This document shows, piece by piece, positions 43,692 through 52,732 of a stretch of DNA of 64,000 nucleotides. Made by a program: the position numbers and the translations under genes. Within the stretch, counting starts at the first letter, position 1, and every line of letters starts with the position of its first letter. Source of the stretch: an uncultured Acidimicrobiales bacterium (GTDB lineage: Bacteria; Actinomycetota; Acidimicrobiia; Acidimicrobiales; VFJN01); the NCBI GenBank assembly GCA_963842395.1, contig CAWJGJ010000002.1:6481-70480 (forward strand), read 5' to 3'. The notes under the pieces were generated by a model that was given only the letters and a program-made list of their open reading frames with translations, was not told the DNA's origin and did not search any database.

Positions 43692-44804
43692 TCAGCCGGC
43701 CGCCGCCGCGTCGGTGGTCGCGGCCGCCAGCGCGGCGTCGAGGTCGGCCACCAGGTCGTCGGGGTGCTCGAGCCCGACCGAGATGCGCACCAGGCCGTCG
43801 GAGACGCCCAGCTCGGCCCGCTCGGCGGGCGTGAGGTGGGAGGTGATCGTGGCGGGATGGGTGAGCAGGGTCTCGGGGCCGCCCAGGGACAGGGCGATGC
43901 GCGCCAGGCGGGCGGCGTCGCAGAACCGGGCGGCGGCCGCGAACCCGCCCGCCAGCTCGACCGCCAGCAGGGTCCCGCCGCCGCTCATCTGCCGCGCCCA
44001 CAGGTCGCGCTGCGGGTACGAGTCGAGGCCCGGGTAGCTGATCGACGCCACGGCCGGGTGGGCCTCCAGGTGGGTGGCCAGCGTGTGGGCGGTGGCGCAC
44101 TGGCGCGCGACGCGGACGGGCAGCGTGCGGATGCCCCGCAGGGCGTTCCAGGCGTCGAACGGCGACGCCTGCCCGCCCTGCACCACGTGCCAGCCCCACA
44201 CGGCGTCGACCAGGTCGCGGCTGCCGGCGATCACGCCCAGCAGGGCGTCGTTGTGGCCGGCCAGGCCCTTGGTGGCGGCGTGGAGCACCAGGTCGGCCCC
44301 GAGCGCGAGCGGCTGCTGCAGGACCGGAGTGGCGAACGTCGAGTCGACCACGGTGAACGGCCCGGGGATGGCGGCCACCGCCTCGATGTCGGTGAGCGAC
44401 AGCGCCGGGTTGGCCGGCGTCTCGACGAACACGAGCTGCGTCCGTCCCGGCCGCACGGCCTCGGCGAACTGCTGCGGGTCGGTGCCGTCCACGAAGGTCA
44501 CGTCGATGCCGAACCGGGGCAGGTGGGCGGTGAACAGGGTCGACGTCACCGAGAAGAGCTGGCGCTGCACCACCACGTGGTCGCCGGCCGAGCACAGGCC
44601 GAACACCACGCCCGTGATCGCCGCCATGCCCGACGCCGACGCCAGCGCCGCCTCGGCGCCCTCGAGGGCGGCGACGGCCTCCTCCAGCTCCTGCACCGAC
44701 GGGCTGCCGAAGCGCGAGTAGTAGTGGGCCGTCCGGGGCACGCCCGCCATGGCCCGGTGGTCGTCCACCGTGGGCACCGCATAGGTGGTGGAGGGGAACA
44801 GCAC
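43692..44804 (-). CDS. Cys/Met-metabolism PLP-dependent enzyme (MetB/MetZ/MetC-like)
   Basis: SGMAAI, DSTFATP and HAATKGLAGH (PLP lysine). The conserved N-terminal TRRAITAGR segment lies upstream in the same frame without a start codon, while ATG 44910 is in another frame. This indicates either an apparent frameshift or a start at GTG 44804. Confidence 0.75.
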   Translation of the reverse strand: MLFPSTTYAVPTVDDHRAMAGVPRTAHYYSRFGSPSVQELEEAVAALEGAEAALASASGMAAITGVVFGLCSAGDHVVVQRQLFSVTSTLFTAHLPRFGIDVTFVDGTDPQQFAEAVRPGRTQLVFVETPANPALSLTDIEAVAAIPGPFTVVDSTFATPVLQQPLALGADLVLHAATKGLAGHNDALLGVIAGSRDLVDAVWGWHVVQGGQASPFDAWNALRGIRTLPVRVARQCATAHTLATHLEAHPAVASISYPGLDSYPQRDLWARQMSGGGTLLAVELAGGFAAAARFCDAARLARIALSLGGPETLLTHPATITSHLTPAERAELGVSDGLVRISVGLEHPDDLVADLDAALAAATTDAAAAG

Positions 44805-44902
44805 CGGCGCCAGCGAGTCCGCGCTCCACGAGCGGCCGGCCGTGATCGCGCGGCGAGTCGAGGTGCAGGTCGTCGCCGGCCCCGGGCCGGGAGGTGGACG
44901 GG

Positions 44903-46105
44903 TCAGTCATGGTCGGCCTCCGGGCAGGCGAGGAACGGGCGGATGACGGCGCCGAGCCGGTCGGTCTCGATGAGGAACGCGTCGTGGCCGTGCGGGCTGT
45001 CGAGCTCGTGGTACGCGGCGGGGACGCCGGCCGCCTCCGCCAGCTCGACGATCTCCCGGGACTGGTGCGACGGGTAGAGGATGTCGCTCGTCACCCCGAC
45101 CGACAGCAGCGGCGCCCGCAGCCGGGCGAACGCCGACTCCATGCCACCCCGGCCCCGGCCGAGGTCGTGCAGGTCCATGGCCTTGGTGAGCAGCAGGTAG
45201 CTGTTGGCGTCGAACCGCCGCACCAGCTTGTCGCCCTGGTACTCGAGGTAGCGCTCGACCTGGAACCGCTGCCACAGCGTGTAGCCCTCGACAGGCTCGA
45301 CCACCTCGCGGCCGAAGCGGGCGCTGAACACGTCGTCGCTGCGGAACGTCATCATCGACATCATCCGGGCGGTGGCCAGGCCCTCGTGGGGCCCGTCGCC
45401 CGGGGCCGCGTCGTAGTACTCGCCGCCCCGCCAGCGGGGATCCATGCTGATGGCACGCCGCCCGCTGCTCCACCAGCCGATCTGCTGGGCGCTGGCGGCC
45501 GCCGCGGTGGCGATGGGGAGCAGGGCGCCCACCCGCTCGGGGTACATCACGCCCCACTCGAGCACCTGCATGCCGCCCATCGACCCGCCCGCCACCGCCG
45601 CCCAGCGGGAAATGCCCAGGTGGTCGGCCACGATGGCCTGCGTGCGGACCATGTCCCGGATGGTGACCACCGGGAAGCGCGACGCCCACGGGCGGCCGTC
45701 GTCGGGATGGGGCGACGCCGGCCCCGCCGTGCCCTGGCAGCCGCCCAGCACGTTGACGCACACGACGAACCAGCGGTCGGTGTCGATGGCCCGGCCGGGG
45801 CCGACGATGCCGTCCCACCACCCGGGCGCCGCATGGCCGGGATCGAGGCCGCCGGAGGCGTGGCTGTCGCCGGTGAGGGCGTGGCAGACGAGGACCGCGT
45901 TGCCGGCATCGGGCGCCAGCTCGCCCCAGGTCTCGTAGGCCAGCGTCACGCCCCGCAGCAGCCCTCCGCCCTCGAGGGCGAAGGGACGGCCCGGCGGCAG
46001 CGACAGGAACCGCCGCCGGCCGGCGGCGTCGCCGGGGCGCCACGCCCCGGTGGCGGGCAGGGCGCTCGGGTGGGCACGACGGAGCCCCGAACCGTTCTCA
46101 GCCAT
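44903..46105 (-). CDS. metX: homoserine O-acetyltransferase
   Basis: LVCHALTGDSHASG, GGSMGGMQ (nucleophile elbow), and the C-terminal SPHGHDAFL. ATG 46105. Confidence 0.85.
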   Translation of the reverse strand: MAENGSGLRRAHPSALPATGAWRPGDAAGRRRFLSLPPGRPFALEGGGLLRGVTLAYETWGELAPDAGNAVLVCHALTGDSHASGGLDPGHAAPGWWDGIVGPGRAIDTDRWFVVCVNVLGGCQGTAGPASPHPDDGRPWASRFPVVTIRDMVRTQAIVADHLGISRWAAVAGGSMGGMQVLEWGVMYPERVGALLPIATAAAASAQQIGWWSSGRRAISMDPRWRGGEYYDAAPGDGPHEGLATARMMSMMTFRSDDVFSARFGREVVEPVEGYTLWQRFQVERYLEYQGDKLVRRFDANSYLLLTKAMDLHDLGRGRGGMESAFARLRAPLLSVGVTSDILYPSHQSREIVELAEAAGVPAAYHELDSPHGHDAFLIETDRLGAVIRPFLACPEADHD

Positions 46106-46286
46106 CGGTCGGGGGCCCGCGTCGAGGCGACGGCGCAACAGGCGGGCAGCGGTCTGCCTCGGTGGTCGGGTGGGATCCAGTGATCGGGGCATCGCGCGCC
46201 TCTACCTGTGTGGGCCGGAGGGCCCGGACAGCCGGTGGTGCGCTCCCCGAGGCGAGCACGGACACTTGGTTGCTCTGCATGAGCCG

Positions 46287-46374
46287 CATCCCCGGGTTGC
46301 CCCGGGATGGCACCTTGGCTGTCCGAGCCAGGTTGCCGGGCCGGCCCCGTCGCCGGGGCGGACCGCTCCTGATG
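46287..46374 (-). promoter_or_regulatory. SAM riboswitch-like leader (SAM-I / SAM-I-IV type) upstream of metX
   Basis: The minus-strand RNA reads CAUC-AGGAG..CCCCG-GCGA-CGGGG..CGGCAACC-UGGCU-CGGAC-AGCCA-AGGUGCCA-UCCCGGG-GCAA-CCCGGG-GAUG. This gives a P1 closure, the GGCAACC and AGGUGCC boxes, and two GNRA-capped hairpins. Confidence 0.55.
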
Positions 46375-46386
46375 TCGGCGGCCACG

Positions 46387-48155
46387 CTAGCCGTCCGCCG
46401 TGCCGGAGCGCACGACCGTTCCCGCCCGCTGCCGCCACCAGCGGTCGAGCGCCGCCGGCGTGCCGTAGGCCCGGCCGATCGCGTCGAGGTAGGCGTCGAG
46501 CGCCGCCGGGTCGCGCCCGGCGGCGAAGCGAGCGAGCGCATCCGCGGCCGCGTCCCAGCAGTCGCCGGCCGCCCCGGCGGGCAGCGGCAGCGCCGCCAGG
46601 TCGGGCGCGGCCACCTTGAGGGCGCCCCGCTCCAGGCCGGTGCCGGTCGCCCGGCGCACCAGCCACGCCGTCGCCGCCGGCGACAGCACCGCCGCCGCCA
46701 GGTGCCACAGGCCCAGGCCGGGGCCGGGGACGACGGCCAGGGCCGGAACGGACGGCACCCAGGCGCCCGCCGCGTCGACCGCCGCCTCGACGACCCTGGT
46801 CTGGGTCGCCACCACCAGCTTGGGCACCCGGGTGCGATCCACCCACCGGCGGGCGACCGCCGGGGCCGCGACCAACCGCTCGAGGTCGACCACCGGGGCG
46901 TGCCACCGCCGCTTGGCGTAGCGGACCGGGCGCTCGCGCCAGGTGCAGGCGGCCCAGTCGACGGCCCCGCTGGTGACGAGCGGCGCCACGCGACCCGCCG
47001 GATCGGCGGGGTCGAGCTCGCGGACCGCGTCCACCAGCCCGTAGTACTGGTCCCGGAACCCGGCGACCACCGTGGCCCGCGCCCCCAGCGCCGGACCGGC
47101 GCCCAGGTCGACGTCGGGCAGCCCGAGCGCTGCGGCCCATCGTGCCGCCCACGACCCCGGCGCACCAGGGCTGTCGCCCGCCCCGCCGTGGTGGGCCGGG
47201 CCGCTCGCCGCCTGCCCGGGGACGGCGGTGCGGCGTTCGAGCACGGGCGCGCACACCCGGACCGCGGCCGTGAAGACCCGGCCGTCGTCCAGCCACAGGT
47301 CCCTCAGCACGGCGAGCCGGTCGACGGCCTCGCGCACCGCACCGGCGTCGCGGGCAGCGACCACCGACTGGGGCTCGACCAGCACCACCCGCCCGCCGGG
47401 CCGCACCAGCTCGCAGCCAAGCAGCAGGAACAGCCAGGCCGTGTCCGTGTAGGCCCGCACGGCGCGGCCGTAGCGTTGCCGCAGGCGGTGGCGATCGGCG
47501 GCGTCGCGTGCGGTCGCCCGGCCGAGCTGGCTCTGGAACGGCGGGTTGCCCACCACTGCGTCGAATCCCGCCGGCGGTGCGGCGGGCCACACCGGCCCGC
47601 CGGCGAGCAGCGGATCGGCGACGACCAGGCGACCCGGCGGCGGCGACTCGCCGGCCCACAGCGCCAGGGCGGCCTCGGCGGCCGCCAGCCCGACCGGGTC
47701 GACGTCGGCGCCCCAGAGCAGCTCGCGCACCACCCGCCGCCGGTCGAGCCCGTGGGCGTGCAGGTGCCGGCGCGGCCGCCAGCAGGAACGCGCCGCCCCC
47801 GCACGCCGGGTCGCACACCGTCGGCCCTGCGCCCGTCCCGAACACACGACCGGGTGGGAGCGCCATCCCCACCAGGCGGTCGGCCAGCCATCCGGGGGTC
47901 ACGTGCAGCCCGAGCGCCTTGCGCTCGTGGTCGACGGTGGCGGACTCGAGCGCGCGCCCGAGCAGGTCGGCGAGCCCGGGGCCGTCGGCGCCGGCAGCGC
48001 CCCGGACGGCCGCCCGCGACGGGCGGGCGGTCGCCGGCGAGGGACCAGATGACCAGCCGGTCGTCGAGGGTGACCCCCGCCTCGTCGGCCGCCGCCACCA
48101 CCGCGGCGGCCACGGCCCGGGCCCGCGCACGGTCGGGCGAGAGCGAGGCGGTCAC
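46387..48155 (-). pseudogene. N6-adenine DNA methyltransferase (gamma-class, TaqI/Eco57I-like), frameshifted
   Basis: Motif I VCDPACGGGAFLLAAA is in one frame and motif IV VVGNPPFQSQ is in another, with the junction near 47765-47780. The best N-terminal coding frame (GTG 48155, VTASLSPDRARA..) needs a further shift near 48010. Confidence 0.65.
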
Positions 48156-48181
48156 GACACCCGACGGTACCGTTCGGTGCC

Positions 48182-48700
48182 GTGTCCAGCAGCGACGCCA
48201 CCAGCCCCCGCGCCGGGCCCGGCGAACCGCCGCCGGCACCCGTCGCGGGCGCCGGGCCGGCCGCCGTCTCGCGTGTCGCCCCCGCCGTCACCCATCCCCT
48301 GCGCGCCCGCGTGCTGCGGCCCGGCCGGCCGGCCGCCCGGGCGCGCCTCGCCGCCGACGACCACCCGGAGGCGGCGGCCTTCGCCGCCACCGACCGCTCG
48401 GGCACGGTCGTCGGCACCGCGATCGTGTATCCCGACGCGTGCCCATGGCGACCCGACCAGGAGCGCGCCTGGCGCCTCCGCGGCATGGCCACCGACCCCG
48501 GGTGGCGGAGCCGTGGCATCGGGGCCCGGTTGGTCGCCGCCGTCCTCACCCACGTCCGCGCCCGGGGCGGCACGCTCGTGTGGTGCCAGGCCCGCGTGCC
48601 GGCGCGGCGCTTCTACGAGCGGGAGGGCTTCGCCGCCCAGGGCGAGGAGTGGGTCGATCCCGAGATCGGTCCGCACATCGGCATGTGGCGCGAGGCGTGA
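48182..48700 (+). CDS. GNAT family N-acetyltransferase
   Basis: RLRGMATDPGWRSRGIGARLV acetyl-CoA motif, with C-terminal FYEREGF. Confidence 0.75.
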   Translation: MSSSDATSPRAGPGEPPPAPVAGAGPAAVSRVAPAVTHPLRARVLRPGRPAARARLAADDHPEAAAFAATDRSGTVVGTAIVYPDACPWRPDQERAWRLRGMATDPGWRSRGIGARLVAAVLTHVRARGGTLVWCQARVPARRFYEREGFAAQGEEWVDPEIGPHIGMWREA

Positions 48701-48748
48701 ACGAGTCAGGCCCGCCCGACCGCCGGCACCGGGCACTAGCGTGACCGG

Positions 48749-49282
48749 GTGCGTTGGACCGTGCATGGCGAGCGGGAGATCTACGACTCCGAGTGGATGC
48801 GCCTGGTCCTGGTCGACGTCGAGATCCCCGGCGTCGAGCGGTTCGACCACCACGTGATCCGGCATCCCCACGCCGCGTCGGGCACGGTCGTCCACGATCC
48901 TGACCAAGGGGTGCTGCTGCTGTGGCGCCACCGGTTCATCACCGACACCTGGGGCTGGGAGATCCCCGCCGGTCGGCTCGACCCCGGCGAGACGCCCGAG
49001 CAGGCGGCGGCACGCGAGACGCTCGAGGAGACAGGGTGGCGTCCCGGCCCGCTCCACCGCATGGGGTCGTACGCGCCCAGCAACGGCACCTCCGACCAGA
49101 TCTTCCACGTGTTCGCCGCGGCGGGCGCCACGCGGGTGGGCGAGCCGAGCGACATCGGCGAGAGCGAGCGGGTGGCCTGGGTCCCCGTCGCCGAGGTCCG
49201 ACGCCTGGTGATGGACGACGAGCTCACCGACGGGCTGTCGATCACCGCCCTGCTGTGGGCGTTCGCGTCGGGCGCGATCTGA
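48749..49282 (+). CDS. NUDIX hydrolase
   Basis: Nudix box: AGRLDPGETPEQAAARETLEETGW. Confidence 0.8.
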   Translation: MRWTVHGEREIYDSEWMRLVLVDVEIPGVERFDHHVIRHPHAASGTVVHDPDQGVLLLWRHRFITDTWGWEIPAGRLDPGETPEQAAARETLEETGWRPGPLHRMGSYAPSNGTSDQIFHVFAAAGATRVGEPSDIGESERVAWVPVAEVRRLVMDDELTDGLSITALLWAFASGAI

Positions 49283-49309
49283 GCCCGAGGCGTCCCGCCC
49301 GACGCGTCG

Positions 49310-50491
49310 TCAGGCTGCGCCCTCTTCGGCCGGGTCCCAGCCCGCCAGGTCGGCCAGACGCTCGTCGTTGGAGAACATCTCCACGATGGGCTGGTCGAGC
49401 CCCAGCCGGCGCTTCAGCCGCCGCACCTCGAGCTCCTCGTTCCACAACACGAGCGTGACCGCCAGCCCGGCGGCGCCGGCGCGGGCCGTGCGCCCGGAGC
49501 GGTGCAGGTAGGTCTTCGGGTCGGGCGGCGGGTCGGCCTGGATCACGATGTCGAGCTCGTCGATGTCCAGCCCCCGGGCCGCGACGTCGGTCGCCACCAG
49601 CACCGCCAGCTTGCCCTCGGTGAAGCGCTTGAGCGCCCGCTCGCGGACCTCCTGGCGCAGGTCGCCGTGGATGGCCTTGGCGTCGACGTCGTCGTCGGTG
49701 AGCTGGCGGGCCAGGCGGTCGGCCATCCGCTTGGTGTTGGTGAACACGAGGCAGCGGGAGCCCGAGCGGCCGATGGCGGCGATCACGCGGTGCTTGTCCA
49801 TCTCGTGGACGAGCAGGAACCGGTGGGCCATCTTGTCGACGGTCTGCGTGGGCGAGCCGACCTCGTGGAACACCGGGTCGCGCTGGTACCGGTCCACCAG
49901 GCCCTGGATGCCGCCGTCGAGCGTGGCCGAGAACAGCAGGGTCTGGTGCTTGCCCGCGATGTGGCGGAGCACCCACTCGACCTGGGGCATGAAGCCCATG
50001 TCGGCCATCCGGTCGGCCTCGTCGATGACGACCAGGCCGACGTCGGACAGGTTGGCGAGCTTGCGGTCGATGAGGTCGATGAGGCGGCCGGGCGTGGCGA
50101 CGACGATCTCGGCGCCCGCGTTGAGCGCGGCCACCTGCTTGGACATCTGGGCGCCGCCGTAGACGGCCACGAGCCGCAGGGACCGGGCCTCGACCAGGGG
50201 CCGCAGCACGTCGGTGACCTGGCCCGCGAGCTCTCGGGTGGGCACCAGGACCAGCCCGGTGGGGCGCTTGGGGGACGCGGGAGCGACCCGCTCGACCAGG
50301 GGGAGGCCGAACGCGAGGGTCTTGCCCGAGCCGGTCTTGGCCTTGCCGCAGACGTCGCGGCCGGCAAGGGCGTCGGGGATGCAGAGGCGCTGGACGGGGA
50401 AGGCGGAAGTGAGGCCGGCTTTGTCGAGCACGGCCACCAGATCGGGGGACACGCCCAGCGCAGAGAACGTCTCTTGTTCTTCGTTGCGCAT
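49310..50491 (-). CDS. DEAD-box ATP-dependent RNA helicase
   Basis: ATG 50491. Q-motif region, AKTGSGKT, VIDEADRM, SAT and HRSGRTARAG motifs. Confidence 0.85.
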   Translation of the reverse strand: MRNEEQETFSALGVSPDLVAVLDKAGLTSAFPVQRLCIPDALAGRDVCGKAKTGSGKTLAFGLPLVERVAPASPKRPTGLVLVPTRELAGQVTDVLRPLVEARSLRLVAVYGGAQMSKQVAALNAGAEIVVATPGRLIDLIDRKLANLSDVGLVVIDEADRMADMGFMPQVEWVLRHIAGKHQTLLFSATLDGGIQGLVDRYQRDPVFHEVGSPTQTVDKMAHRFLLVHEMDKHRVIAAIGRSGSRCLVFTNTKRMADRLARQLTDDDVDAKAIHGDLRQEVRERALKRFTEGKLAVLVATDVAARGLDIDELDIVIQADPPPDPKTYLHRSGRTARAGAAGLAVTLVLWNEELEVRRLKRRLGLDQPIVEMFSNDERLADLAGWDPAEEGAA

Positions 50492-50550
50492 GGTTCCGGC
50501 GGAGTGTACTGGCGCGGTCCCGTCCGGCCCCATTTCGCCCGCGGCCCCGC

Positions 50551-52611
50551 TCATCCCCCGGGCGCGGCGGCGGGACGCGCCAGCCAGGGACGGATGTGCT
50601 CCTCGATGAACCGCCACATGACGGGTGCGAACTCGGGGGTGAAGTGGATGCCGTCCTCGCGGGCGAGGACGCCGTCGACCTCGTGGGCGAAGCGGCCGCC
50701 CGGGCACAGCAGCGGCCCGGCGTCGACGACGAGGGCGCGCTCCCCGAAGCGTGCTGCTACCTCCGCCGTCCGGGCGTTGATCCAGGCCAGGTTCTCCGGG
50801 TGGTTGCGGCGGTCGTCGAGCCCGCCGACCCACATGTTGCGGTCGTCCATGCAGGGCACCGTCACGAAGGCGAAGCGGGCGTCGGGCGCGGCGGCGACAG
50901 TGCCGTCGATGCTGTCGGCCAGCGCCCGCTGGTAGGCGGCGGCGAACTCGGGGGTGCCGGCCCGCAGCAGGTGCTCGCCCTGCTGGTGGTCGTAGACCTC
51001 CCAGGCGCCCCACACCGCCACGACGACGTCGGGCTGGAAGCGAGAGGCCACGCGCTGCCAGGCGCCCCGCCAATCCGGGCACCCCGCGGTGTCGTCGATG
51101 CGCACCCCCTCGACGACCGCCTGGCCGGGCGTGACGGTGCACCCGAGGTAGGCGGCCTGCGCCATGACGACACCCGGGGTCGTCGACGGCTCGTCGACCA
51201 GCGGGAAGCCGAGCGACCAGCCCACCGAGTCACCGCCGACCATCACCCGGAGCTCCTGGTCGGGGGCGATGGCCGGGAGGGGATGGCCGGGCGCCACCGC
51301 CACCGTCGGCACGGGGCCGCCGGGCGGGGGAGGCGCCGGGGCCTGGGCCGCGGCGGACGCGGACAGGACCGACCGACCGGCGCCGTCGGCCGACACGGCG
51401 ACGACCCCCACCACCGCCGCCCCGCAGGCGAGGGACATCGCGGCGGGGCGCAGCGCCGGCAGGCCGAGCCGCGTGGCCCGCTCGCACAGGCCGGCCACGC
51501 CGTGGCGGCGCACCGGCTGTTCGATCACCAGGTACGACACCGTGGCCAGCGCGAACGCCAGCCCGATCCGCAGCGCCGCCAGCTCCAGGCCGGCCCGCCC
51601 CGCCCGTTCGGGGGTGAGCCACAGGTACGCCGGCCAGTGCCAGAGGTAGAGCCCGTAGGACAGCCGCCCGACCGTCACGGGGACCGGCCGGCTGAGCAGC
51701 CAGTGGGCGGGCCCGTGCGAGCCCGGCAGCGCCAGCCCGGCCACCGCCGCGGCCGCGACCAGGGCCACGACCAGGAAGCCGCCCTGGTACAGCGACGCCT
51801 GGGTGCCGTCGACCTCGTGGAAGACCACGGCGAGGCCCAGCAGGCCGACCACGGCCAGCACCGGCAGCACGCCGGCCAGGCGGTGCACGACCGCGGGGAA
51901 GTGCTGCGACACGACGGCCAGGGCCGCGCCCACGAGCAGTGCCTGGGCGCGGGTGTCGGTGCCGTAGTAGGCCCGGGACGGATCGTCGAGGGGCGTGTAG
52001 ACGGCCGCCATCCAGGCGGCCGACGCCAGCGCGCCGCCCACCAGCACCGCCAGCAGCAGGCCCGCACGGCGACCGACGATCGCGGCGAGCACCAGCAGCA
52101 GCGGGGGGAACAGCAGGTACCACTGCTCCTCGACCGCGAGCGACCACAGGTGCCGGTAGGGCGACGGCGCGCCGAACCCGGCGAAGTACGACTGCTCGGT
52201 GAACACGAACCGCCAGTTGGCCACGTAGGCCAGCGCGGCCAGCGCGTCGCCCCGGGTGGTGGCGCCGTCCACCGGCAGCCGGGCGACCCGCACCATCACC
52301 GCGGTCGCCGCGACCACGGCCCCGACGGCCGGCAGCAGTCGCCGGGCCCGCCGCAACCAGAACGCCCGCAGGTCGACCCGTCCGGTCCCCCGCCGCTCGG
52401 CCAGCAGCAGGGAGGTGATGAGGAACCCGGAGATCACGAGGAACACGTCGACGCCGAGGAACCCGCCCGACACGACCGGATCGCCGCCGCCCGGCCAGCG
52501 CAGGTCGGTGTGCTCGGCCATCACGGCCAGCACCGCCACCGCTCGTAGGCCGTCGAGCGCGGGTTGGTACGCGAGCCGCGGCCCGCCGCCACCAACGACC
52601 ACACGCGCCAT
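50551..52611 (-). CDS. acyltransferase family 3 membrane protein with a C-terminal SGNH-like domain (OafA-like)
   Basis: LDGLRAVAVLAVM..H, FLGVDVFLVISGFLIT and multiple TM helices, followed by a roughly 250 aa extracytoplasmic domain (GDSVGWS). Confidence 0.8.
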   Translation of the reverse strand: MARVVVGGGGPRLAYQPALDGLRAVAVLAVMAEHTDLRWPGGGDPVVSGGFLGVDVFLVISGFLITSLLLAERRGTGRVDLRAFWLRRARRLLPAVGAVVAATAVMVRVARLPVDGATTRGDALAALAYVANWRFVFTEQSYFAGFGAPSPYRHLWSLAVEEQWYLLFPPLLLVLAAIVGRRAGLLLAVLVGGALASAAWMAAVYTPLDDPSRAYYGTDTRAQALLVGAALAVVSQHFPAVVHRLAGVLPVLAVVGLLGLAVVFHEVDGTQASLYQGGFLVVALVAAAAVAGLALPGSHGPAHWLLSRPVPVTVGRLSYGLYLWHWPAYLWLTPERAGRAGLELAALRIGLAFALATVSYLVIEQPVRRHGVAGLCERATRLGLPALRPAAMSLACGAAVVGVVAVSADGAGRSVLSASAAAQAPAPPPPGGPVPTVAVAPGHPLPAIAPDQELRVMVGGDSVGWSLGFPLVDEPSTTPGVVMAQAAYLGCTVTPGQAVVEGVRIDDTAGCPDWRGAWQRVASRFQPDVVVAVWGAWEVYDHQQGEHLLRAGTPEFAAAYQRALADSIDGTVAAAPDARFAFVTVPCMDDRNMWVGGLDDRRNHPENLAWINARTAEVAARFGERALVVDAGPLLCPGGRFAHEVDGVLAREDGIHFTPEFAPVMWRFIEEHIRPWLARPAAAPGG

Positions 52612-52698
52612 GTGTCCTCCCCCCGAGAGGCGCGTCCCCTTCCGGGAGGAGTATTGCAGGAGTTACTGCAATTGACTAGTCGAAGGGAGATGGCAGAT

Positions 52699-52719
52699 TT
52701 ACTGACGCTACGTCAGTAA
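52699..52719. promoter_or_regulatory. perfect hairpin/palindrome TTACTGACG-CTA-CGTCAGTAA in an AT-rich spacer
   Basis: 9-bp arms located 14 nt past the cyclase stop and upstream of the acyltransferase gene. A second palindrome, ATTGCAG-GAGTTA-CTGCAAT, lies at 52653-52672. Confidence 0.35.
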
Positions 52720-52732
52720 GGCGAGGGGGCGA

